From Azolla caroliniana (lineage: Eukaryota; Plantae; Polypodiophyta): a stretch of DNA of 64,000 nucleotides. A program made the position numbers and the translations under genes. Below, piece after piece: positions 12,803 through 23,029 of this stretch (the first letter of the stretch is position 1; the number at the start of each line of letters is the position of its first letter). The DNA lies in the NCBI GenBank assembly GCA_043228905.1, contig JBHGNT010000017.1, positions 18,476,001 through 18,540,000 of the forward strand, in the 5' to 3' direction. The notes under the pieces were generated by a model that did no database searches, was not told the origin of the DNA, and saw only the letters and a program-made list of their open reading frames with translations.

Positions 12803-15800
12803 TCATTCCCCGCCCGTCGGTTCTTCCTCGGTTTCGGATCGTTCGTCGTCGCGGTCCAGGTTAACCGGATCCGGCTCGTCGTCGTGACGCTTCTTGAACG
12901 CTTTGATCCGCTTCCTAGCTACCGGTATCGCCATTCTCGTGCCGTCGAGTTCCGCCAGATGGTACGTCCCGTTGTCGTTGGTGCTTTGTACCACGTAAGG
13001 CCCGAACCACCTTCTTGCGAACTTCCATGTCGCTCGGTGCTGGTTGTCGAGGCTGCTGTCGTAGACTAGCACCCAGTCGCCTTCCTCGATCTTCTCTGGT
13101 CGGAGCCGGTGCGTTCAGTCGAATCGGGCTTTGTTCCTCATCCTTGCATCCCGAAGCTTTCCCGCAGCCTGCTCCACGTCCTCCGGCCTTCGCTCGAGCT
13201 GACATATGCGCGCCGCCAATAGTTCCTCCCGGCTCATCTCGTCTCTCTAGTCCACGGTTGCCCATGAGAAGATCGTACGTTCCGTCGGCATGATCGGCTT
13301 CTGCCCAAACATGAGCTCTGCCGGCATGAATCCGGTTACCGAACTGTGCGTAGTTCGGTTAGCCCACAACGCGTAAGGCAGCAACCGCGGCCAGTTCCCG
13401 ACTTGACCTCCGCATGCCCGAACTAACGCCTTGACAATCGGTCCATGACCGCACTCCACCTTCCCATTCGCCTTCGGATTGTACGCAGTGGTAAGCGAGA
13501 GCTTGACTCCTAGCCGGTCGAACAGCTCCTCGGCCTCTTCGGCGTTCAACTCCCCGCGATCAGCCACGATCTTCCCGACGCACCCGTACCGGCATATCAC
13601 GTCCTCAATCAGGAACCGACATACGGCCGCGGTCGTTTTGTTCTGAAGGGCTCGGCCTTCTACCTGGTTCGTCAGATCTTCCCGAGCCAGGACCAAATAC
13701 CGCATTTTTCCTACTCCCATCGGCATCGTCACCAGGTCTACCATCCATTTGAAGTGGATGGTCGGAGGGTACGTAGGGTGAAGCTCGTCCCGATGTCGGA
13801 CTACGGAGTGCATCTGACAGCTCTCGCAAGTTGTCACGAACCGATGCACGTCCCGGTACAGTCCCGGCCACCAGTACTTCCCCTTTATCTTCTCGAACGT
13901 GGCCCATGTTCCTCGGTGTCCAGCCCAAGGGCTGTCGTGGTAGGCCGTCAGCAGCTCCTCCTGTTCTTCCTTCATCGCCACCACCCGAAGCGGGACGTTG
14001 TTCCTCTTCTTCGGGTGCTTCCATAAGTATCCGTCCTGGAGAAAGAATCGGTATGCTTTCTTCCGGATCCGGTTGGCCTCGTCTCTCGTCCATGACGCAT
14101 CCGGCGTCATTGTCCTCAAGAAACCACCGATCTGCAGCCACTCACCGTCGTACTTGCTCTCGTCGAAGCCGTTAAGTGCCGGAGTGCTCGTCCCATCGGT
14201 CGTCACGTACGTTGCCTCGAAGAAGTCCACGCCGACTTCTTCGTCCTCCGAAAACATGCCGCCCTCGTCATCAAACCTCGCTCTCGAAAGCATGTCGGCC
14301 ATGGCGTTGTCCTTTCCAGAAATGTGTCGTATTTCCGTGTCCAGGGACTTGATGTACGCTATCCACCTGAGCATCGCCAGGTCCGGTGTCGCGCATCCGG
14401 AAACCATGCCGAGAATTGGCAGGCAATCCGTCTCGATAATCACTTCTGTCCCGATCAGGTAGTCTTTGTCGGCCTTTACTGCCGAAACGATACCCCAAAG
14501 TTCGCGTTTAACCTAGGCGTACCCTCGTTGTCGCTCACTGAGGACCTTCGCGCCGAATCGGATCGGGAACCGAATGCCATCCTCGTCTTCTTGGTTGACG
14601 ACCCATCCGATCCCGATCGGACTCGTATCCACCGTTATGTATACCGGGGTACCCTTCCTGTAGACAGCCTTCCGGAGCGCCGGTGCTGCCGCAAGAGCTT
14701 CCTTCAGCTTCCGAACCGACTCCGTGTGCTCGTCTCGCCACTCGAATTTTCTCCCTTTCTTCAGCAACCCGTATAGCGGCTCCGCAACGTGGGCGTAATG
14801 CGGGATCCATATGTGGTAGAATGCGCACGCCCCCAGGAACCTCCGAACTTCCGTAACCGAGCTACATTCGGTCTTCATCACGAAGATGGCTTCTACCTTT
14901 GCCGGAGACGGCTTCCGGCCATATGGTCCACATAGGTGTCCGACCACCAGGATTTCTGATTGCCCGAAGGCCGATTTCTCCCCGGAGAAGGTGAGCCTCG
15001 CATCCTCTAGCCTTTGTAGCACCTTCTCGCAGTCGTCGATGTGTGTTGCCACGAATCGCCGGCATCCGTCCGGTCCAAGTGTTGTGTCCTTCTCTTCCAC
15101 CGGGCACCCCTTGATCGGGATGTCTTCTAGAAATGGCATGGTGATGTCCGGGATGCAATCCCTCAGTACCTTGTTCATTGCATTCACCATGTGGGCCACC
15201 GAGTTGGTCCCTCCTTGTGGCAGGGTACACATCCGCACTAGGCCGAGGGGAGTTCGCATCGTCGTAATGTCTCTACTCTCCACGGCTAGCTGGAACTGGT
15301 CGTACCCCGAGTACAAATCACCGACCGAGTAAATCGACCTTCCGGCGAAGGCCTCCGCGAACTCGTCTATGGTCGGTCTGATTCCTGCGTTCCGAATGGT
15401 CACTTTGTTGACCGGCTGCAGGTCTTGAATGAAGTGCAACGTTCCGTTTTTCTTTGGTACGGTAAACCATCGGTTCGAGTATGGGGCACTCGACGGTTCG
15501 AGGATGCCCATATCGACTTTTTGCCTCAATAGCTCCATCAACTTCGGGATGTGAGCTCTCGGTACTGGAATCGGCTTGAGATTCCACGGCACATGCGGTA
15601 CCGTGAATATCACCATCGGCTCCACGATTGTCGGGTCTACGCACCCGATCTCTCCCGGTGAGAATGTGAAAGCTTTCCCGTGCCGTCCGAGCATTCTCCG
15701 AAACCGGTCTTCCTCCACCGGCAGTAGGAACCCGCCCCCACCGATTTTGAGCTCCCGGAGCGTCCCGTCGGTGAAGGTGTGTCCTATGTAGACCGGATCT

Positions 15801-16262
15801 CGTAAACTGGGGTCCGACGCAACCCCTCTGATTCGGGACTCGCTGCCCTCCGGTAAGGGTGCCGCGACTGGCCTTACCTTCCGGTCCACAGTCTTGTACT
15901 TCGTGCTAACTCGGGCCGTCCGATCTGACCCGAGCCCCTGACTGAAGTTCGCGATGACTTCGTACATCTCTTCGGAACATACCGGTATCGTCCAGTCTTC
16001 GTTAAGGTCTTCTCCGGCTACCTTCCTCAGCATTCCCAAGGTGTCGTCGAAGGAGACCGCCTCCACAGCTCCGCGATTTCCTCGTCCGAGCCGAGAACTC
16101 CACACGCTCGAAGTCGCACTTCCGCCCTTGCCTTTTCTCGGCCAACGATGCCGACTATCATACACCCTCCGTTGTTGGAGAAGCAAAATTTCCTACCTAT
16201 CGTACAGCTGTGGGGTCTTTCCTGAGTGTCCGGACTATCTTGGCCCCACGCCTTGGCAGCCC
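12803..16262 (-). pseudogene. pol (RT-RNase H-integrase) of the Trp-primed Gypsy
   Basis: ORFs 14513-16186 (RT; LPQGGTNS, FLEDI), 13247-14443 (RH end, HHCC zinc finger, DDE) and 12803-13072 (WFGPY). Confidence 0.9.
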
Positions 16263-16265
16263 TCT

Positions 16266-18428
16266 CTAAAAATCCTCTCGGTTCTCACCACCGAGGGATT
16301 CGCGGTTTCACTCGTGGTTCGGCCGCACTGTCAGAAATTGGACCGAATGGCGCCCGTCCTGGCTTTTGACCCTCGCGTAGGCCGAACCGTTGTTCAGCAC
16401 CTTGGTCTCCATTCGCGCCGCCGTGATGTATGGTTCCCCTAATATGACCGGGTGCGAGGACGTCTCCTGTACGAAGAAGTGTTGGTCAATCTCGACGTCG
16501 CCGATCTTGACCCGCACGTTCGGGCAGGCCCCGTGCAGTTCCTCAGTGGCGCGCGTCGCCGCCCGTATCTTCCACTCGTGCTTGGTGTTGATCGGCCACT
16601 TTCCTTTCTTATAGAAGTCCATGGACATCAGGTTTATTTCCGAACCGTGGTCCACCAATGCCACCACCGGTTCCTGAACATCTCCGATCTTTACCGGGGT
16701 CTCCGTGGTCGCTCGGGCCCAGTGTGGCCTCGAATAGTGGCTCACCGCCCACTCATCTTCCAGCGCCAAGTTGTCGATGTGCGTCGTCCGCACCTCCACC
16801 GGTCTCTCCGGTTCCGTCTCCGTCGACAGCCTCTTCTACTTCACCAAGTCCACAATGGAGTCGTGGAACTCCTTCTTAGCGATCCCTAGCACCTCCCGTA
16901 ATGACAACTCCACTTTGCTGTCGAGGATCCGCTCTTCTAGGACCTTTCGTCGGTCCGTGGTCCTTTCTATTTCCGTCCCCAGTCGGTATCCGCCCTTCCT
17001 GGGGTTATCTTGCGCGTTGGACCCACCGGCATCGTTCCGTCGTTGCCCAAATCGGGTTTCGTATCCTTGTGAGGGCCCGGCCGCTCCGGCCGCTCCGGCT
17101 TTCCCCACTCGTTTGTCTTCCACCAAAGCCTCGTAGTTCCGGCAGGCGGCTTCTACGAAGCCCGTCTTCTCCTCAACCGGGTCGCTCCACCCGGTTATTT
17201 CCCGGACCCGTCTCTCAGCGCGGTCCGCTTCATCTTCCCTCAGTCGTGCGCCGGCGAGGCCTTCTAGCATTGCCGACCAGAATCCGTCTTTGCTCTCCTT
17301 TCGTGCCTCGTTGCCCCCGACCCGAATACCGGCCGACGCCGAGTAGTGGATGGCCTCCACGTGTCAGGCCGCTGCCTCTTCCATCAGTCTCTTCATACCT
17401 CCTCGCCCGTCGTTTCGTTTTAGGGCCCTTCTGGTATCGCCGGCATGCACCCGGCCTTCCCACAAGTACACCACCCGATTCCTCAACGCCTCTGCGGAAT
17501 CGCCGCAGTCCTTCCGAATGTGGCCGACCTCGTCGCACCACATGCACCTGTTCCCTGCTACCGGCCGTCGGTCACGAGCCGGTTCGCCGCCTTCCCTTCG
17601 AGTCTGGGCGATCTGGAGATCCTTTATCGCCCGCGTCAACTCCTCCAGCGTTGCTCCTCCGGATGAGCCATTGACCATGCCGGTCGAAGCCGAACCGGGT
17701 TCGAGCCGCTCCCGGGTCTCTTCCCTCCGCCCTTGCGGTGCCGGTTCAAGCCTCCTTGCCGTGACCGAGCCCGCACCGGCCGCCCCGTTATCAGACCATT
17801 CTCGCCGTTTGTCGAAACGGCCACAGACTCTCTTAACCGCAGCCCAATCGGTCGTCAGCCCTTCTTTGGTTTCCAGCAAGGAGCCGACTTGATCCCGGTC
17901 CCGCTCGTCCACCGACTTGACGAACAGTAGGACCCGGCTCGTATCCAGAACGGTTCGGTCAAGCGCCAAAAGGCGCGCAAAGCATTCCTCAAACTCCCGG
18001 AGGAGTGCCGACGTGTTTCTTCCCTTGCCGGGGGACTCCACCCATTCCATGAAGTCCCATTTCAAAAGCCGGAGCGCGTCGTCCAGCCCGTATTTCTCTA
18101 GGAGTCGGCCTTCGAACTCCTCCCATGTACAGCTCTCCGCCCGTACCTCGAGCACCTCCGCATGGATGCTCGGCATCGCCACTCGAGGGAACCCGGCAAG
18201 ACGCCTCTCTTCCGGAATGTCCCGCATCAGCATTTCTGCCCCGTAGGACGCCAAATACTTCGTGGCATCCTTTCCGCTGAACCGGCCGATCGTACCGACG
18301 ACCACCTCAATGGCTCTGTCGAGGGCGTCGGTGCCCTCGCGTGCGCTCAATATCCAATCCACGGCCGACGCCATGGCCTCCGCAAGATCCGACCCCTTCA
18401 TCTTCTGCTCTTCTGCCGCCTCCTTCAC
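16266..18428 (-). pseudogene. gag-protease ORF of the Trp-primed Gypsy (one frame, three premature stops)
   Basis: ORFs 17364-18428, 16836-17360 and 16308-16799 share one frame; zinc knuckle CMWCDEVGHIRKDC; protease LVDHGSEINLM; natural end ..EDF-TAG at 16266. Confidence 0.85.
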
Positions 18429-18441
18429 GTCGGGTTCACCA
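18424..18441 (-). promoter_or_regulatory. Primer-binding site complementary to tRNA-Trp 3' end
   Basis: TGGTGAACCCGACGTGAA, 3 nt inside the 5' LTR, matches the plant tRNA-Trp end ..TTCACGTCGGGTTCA-CCA (from memory). Degenerate copies at ~58525-58542 and ~63503-63520. Confidence 0.85.
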
Positions 18442-21195
18442 AGATGTCAGGGTTTTCCTCGCGGATGGGTGAAATGAGGCGGAACCTCGGGGGTCTTGCA
18501 CCGAAAAGCAAGAGAGAAAGGAGAAGGGAGGAGATCCACTACACACGAGCGTAGATTCTCAGGGACACGGCCCTCGACACAAAGACGCGAGTGGGACACC
18601 AACGCAGAGAGACACGAATGTATGTATATATATATTAACAAAGACAACAACAACAAGAAGCACGAAGACGGTTACAACCGAACAGGCCGGCGAACAGATG
18701 CCGATGCCTGTTCGTAAACGCACAGAAAGAAAGGAGTAGGTTGGAGGTGCTGTCGGAAGCACTCGGGCATTCCTCAGAGCAGCGCGAGCCTCCCGAAACC
18801 TGCACAGAGAGAAGCTATGGAGTTTGGAAGAGAGAGAAGCCTTCGGCCCACAACCCGACAGCACTTCGTCCTCTCTAACCGCCAACCCTTCCCCCCCTCC
18901 TTGTCTCCCTCCTTTTATAGGCAAGGAAGGAGCCGTTTCCCATTAACTCCCTACCTACCGAATCTACCTACCTAGGATCTTCTATGTACAACATAAGGCG
19001 TACGTGCATGAAGAGCCGGTTCCTAGGCTCCGATGCACCGATTCCGCTTGTGGACAGTTTTCTTCACGACATCGTTCAATTACCATATCCGTCGTTTCCC
19101 CTTTCACGCTATTGTTGTTGAGTGCTGCCCAGATGGGCTGGCGTAAGGCTACCAGAAATGTTTCCCGAGCCTCTTCCTCCGCGGGGCTTCATTCCAGTTT
19201 CCGTCGTAAATTTTGGAAACGTAAGTTGAAGTTCGCTATCGTCTCGGTCGGTAGTTGCTTAATTATATAAAACTGCCCGAGAATCTCGCATTGTGGAACC
19301 CTCCGATGGAAGAATCACAAGAAAGCGGACTGCAACTGATCGAAGGTTGTTATGGCTGGTAAATCCATCTGTGAATGCCAAAACGTCGCACGCCCATCTA
19401 GTGTTAATCCGAACTCCGTCATTTTCGACTGGTGTGCCATCGTCTCGGAGAGATTCTACACCATGTGATTCGCATTCCAGACATTCAGGAACATGCGAAT
19501 ATGCGTTGCGGCGTCGGTTTTGCTGTTAAAGCAGGGGTAGGCAAAGGCCATAGTGGGAGCTATGGCGGATCGGGAAAGACCACCGGGTGGCTGTGGTGAG
19601 CGTGGTCCCCGCGTCTCGTCGAGGTATTTGGGGAGCGAAGAATCCCCTTTGCACTCACGGCACGTAGTATTGAGGTCGATGAGGCGTGGCCTTTGTCGTG
19701 TGCGTTCTTCTGCCTGGCATGTGACGGACCTTGTTATTGGTCGGTCTTGTCGTGTTGGTTCTCTAGGTCATCTGCCGCTAAACATCCATTCGTTGTTGCT
19801 CGTCTGTCAGGAAACACAGATCACCAAGCCTGCCAAAAGTGTTGCCGTTTAGGAACATGGTCCGCAGTCAGTCCTTCGACCTAGACCTCAAAGTGGGTGT
19901 GGAACAACGAACAGGTGTTTAAGCGTAATGCGTAAGGGAAGAGCCCCTGTAACCTATCAGCGTATAAGGGTAGACGGCTACAACCGAATCCCTATTAAGG
20001 GTTACACTTACGTACTACAACGCTTAAGTATTCAAGACACCCACACTAAACTAGCCGTAGCTATACACAGGAAATCAGAGAAGATAGGATTCTATTATAA
20101 GGCGTTTCTTTACATTCCCCAAAATTACGTGCACCTCCATCAGAGGTTTTCTGCCCTTTATATATGCAGGGTCTAATTAGCCGTTCACGCTTCCTACGTG
20201 AACCGTTACATGCGTTATGCTCTTATATAATTTCTTATTCCTACGCTTTTGTCCGTCGGTTACTATTCCGGCGGACAACATCTATCATGTTGGACAATCT
20301 CCAAGGAAAGTATACATCAGATTCAATGACTAGTAGACACCTACATTTGGTCTAGTAAGGAAGATCATGTAGCTCAGGCCAAGGTGGTGTGGCATGTCCT
20401 CACATCACCCAAGTCGAGAGGAGGATTGGATTTGATTGATCCCCTCTCATAGTCCAAAGCATTAATTGCCAAATTTGTGGTGTGAAGACTCCAACCATGG
20501 GATGATTGTTGGAAAAAACTACTATGATTACACTTCGGTTACTTTAAGCCACAGAAAGGGGTCAATTGGACCCCTTAGACTAGATGGATTCTAAACATGG
20601 ATCTCAAACCAAGTTTCTCACGCCAATTGGAGGATCAATTCAATGCATCCATATGGAAGGCATGGTGTCACATAAGACAATGGCTCAAGTGCAATCAGCC
20701 TAAATCCAAACATCCCAGGCTCAATCAACACATCCTATGGAACCGATGTATCAAAGATGAATCCGATCAACTCATCGGATCAAGTAAGGAGTTGTCATGG
20801 GGAAGCGTTGCAGAAGGTTCAGGAAAAAGTAGAGAATGTTGGAGACAGTTTATGTCATTGCCAATACAAGATCAAGCCAACATACTCCCCAAAATCAAGG
20901 GCGGATGGACAATGAGATCTAAAATTATGAATGCTCTATTGCTTAAGGAAGTTGTTAATCAAAGGATGACAATGGAGAAGTGGATAGGCTACGACGAGGA
21001 GGGCTCTTTGATCCCAAGAGGTAAGGAAACACCAGATAGGATACAGGGCCCTATGAATTGCGAGATAGTGAGGTGCCAACATCGAACATGGCAATTAGAG
21101 TACTCGCATATACAAGTTGTAAATGGATCAAGTAGATCCTGATCCGATCAAAGTACAACTAGAATGGCATGTATGTACTCATGAAAACACGTATT

Positions 21196-21513
21196 TACAT
21201 AAGGTCAGTTGGGACCCATTGCAATGGACGTGGTGTGATCCTTATGTGGGTCCAGGAAGCAAAGTCATTCCTTTCTTCCAATTCACAACTAGATTGGGTC
21301 GCCACTAGCAAAGGGCCCGGTTCGGTTTCGGTGCCTTGAAACCAAACTAAACCCTACATAAGGTCAGTTGGGACCCATTGCAATGGACGTGGTGTGATCC
21401 TTATGTGGGTCCAGGAAGCAAAGTCATCCCTTTCTTCCAATTCACGACTAGATTGGGTCGCCACTAGCAATGGGCCCGGTTCGGTTTCGGTGCCTTGAAA
21501 CCAAACCAAACCC
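21196..21513. repeat. 159-bp tandem duplication spanning the LINE/MITE junction
   Basis: 21196-21354 and 21355-21513 are near-identical. Confidence 0.9.
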
Positions 21514-22042
21514 TTTATATAAAACAAAAACCAAACCAAACCGTTTATGAATATTTGAACATTTAAACCAAACCATTAAAAAAAAAATGTAAACTAAACC
21601 ATTTAAACCAAAACCGTTTAGGGAAAAGTTAAAACCAAACCGAACCATTTAATAAAAAGTTTAAACCTAACCACATTTAAGCCAAGCTAATTAAAAAATT
21701 AATTCAATAAAAATACACAAAATTAAATAAGCATTTATGTTTAAATAAATAAATAAGATTAATTGAGCCATTAGATTAAATAAACAATTAAGTTAAGTGA
21801 ATTAAACCAATGAAAAATATTAATTAAACCGTTAAATTACATAAACATTATGGATAAAAAAAGATAGCCCAAAAACCTATAAACCTATAAACCCTAGTTT
21901 CAAAACCAAACCGAACTGAAACCGAACCGTTTATTTATAATTCAAACCAAACCAAACCATTTAATTATTTTGGAACTTATAAACCTTTAAACCATGGTTT
22001 AACAGTTCGGTTCAGTTTAAGCCGAAACCGGGCCCATTACTA
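21465..22042. mobile_element. Non-autonomous hAT element/MITE, 8-bp TSD GTCGCCAC
   Basis: TIRs TAGCAATGGGCCCGG / CCGGGCCCATTACTA; TSD at 21457-21464 and 22043-22050; many subterminal AAACCR motifs; AT-rich core. Confidence 0.9.
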
Positions 22043-22859
22043 GTCGCCACATTCTAGCCGCTCAAACCGCCCGAGAGCCCACTACTACAAAAATATGGCA
22101 CACATATCATGTTCCCCATAAAAGTATACAGAGTTAATTCAACATGCTCTATGGGACGGGCGGGTCCGATGGAGTTGAAAGACAACAATTAGCCTTCATC
22201 CAACAATGGTCATCCTCTCCCTTTCTTGAGTTAGTGGGCCTCCACATAAGATGGAACTATCACTTCCCTACTGGGATTTGTATATAACATTCTCATCTGT
22301 AAAATTTTATAAGTAATGGAAGAAAAAAAAAAATGGGAATTTTTTTTTAATAAAATTTAAGATTTTGAGTTTGAAACTTGTGCTTAATGTTTACTTGAAA
22401 ATAATATTTTAAAACAAGCAAATTCCCCACTTCTTGGAGGTGGTTCACATCGTGTGCCATCAACAACACAACATCTTCTATCTCAGCGAAATGTGCTTAA
22501 GGACATCATTCACACTCCTTACATCATACACAAACTAGAGAGAAATTTTGTAAAGCCTTGAATTTATACCTTCATACAAACATGGCATATGCTTATCTTG
22601 AAGAATGCTAGAACATGTAAAGTTTAAATCTACTTAATTTATAATCAATGGCGAAGAAGTGTGCTACCAAATGTACACTTCACATTAACTTAATATGTAA
22701 CTAATTAAGAAGAAGTGCTTCATGTTGTGCCTTGCATGGAATGTTGTGTTATTAATGGCTTATGAATTTGTAGTGTTTCTACCCCTTTGCTTTTACCAAC
22801 ATTCTACTTTGCGGCCAAGGTTTTAGAACAATAAATTAGCCATGTCTCCTTCACTATTA

Positions 22860-23029
22860 CCCAAAAATATGCAAGAATTAACTCATGGTTTCAACAATAG
22901 GGATTTACAAAACATACATTATCTTTATATGCATATTGTTACAACCCAAAAAAATGCAAGAATTAACTCTTGAATTCAACAATAGGGATTTAAAAAATAT
23001 ACATTATCTTTATAAACATATTGTTACAA
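22860..23029. repeat. ~85-bp tandem duplication
   Basis: cccaaaa..atgcaagaattaactc..catattgttacaa occurs twice. Confidence 0.8.

Larger units (their letters stand above)
12104..19071 (-). mobile_element. Near-intact Ty3/Gypsy, tRNA-Trp primed, no chromodomain; LTRs 12104-12729 and 18445-19071; 4-bp TSD TCGT
   Basis: LTRs TGTCAGGG...CTTCACGACA, roughly 97% identical by eye; TCGT at 12100-12103 and 19072-19075; PBS 18424-18441; short PPT GAGGGCGGA at 12730-12738. Similarity to Phygy/Selgy-like lineages is inference only. Confidence 0.95.
4457..20280 (-). mobile_element. Full-length Ty3/Gypsy (non-chromovirus, Athila/Tat-related) with extra 3' ORF; LTRs 4457-4897 and 19840-20280 (441 bp); TSD TCTAT
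   Basis: Highly similar 441-bp direct repeats TGTTG...CAACA; TCTAT at 4452-4456 and 20281-20285; gag-PR-RT-RH-INT on the minus strand. Confidence 0.95.
4030..21300 (+). mobile_element. L1-type LINE ORF2 remnant split by the Gypsy at 4457-20280 (pieces ~4030-4456 and 20286-~21300)
   Basis: RT motifs EFADD, INWDKS, KYLGF and WRSKKLSLVG. The reading WYSL|SCW resumes across the TCTAT TSD; ORF 20597-21142 continues it. Confidence 0.85.

Noticed and set aside
15118-15135. RT catalytic motif FLED instead of F/YxDD
   Set aside because: Seen in a single copy that also carries several stops; most likely post-insertion decay.
13605-18554. Many overlapping alternative-frame and antisense ORFs
   Set aside because: Expected by-products of GC-rich gag-pol sequence; no independent motifs.
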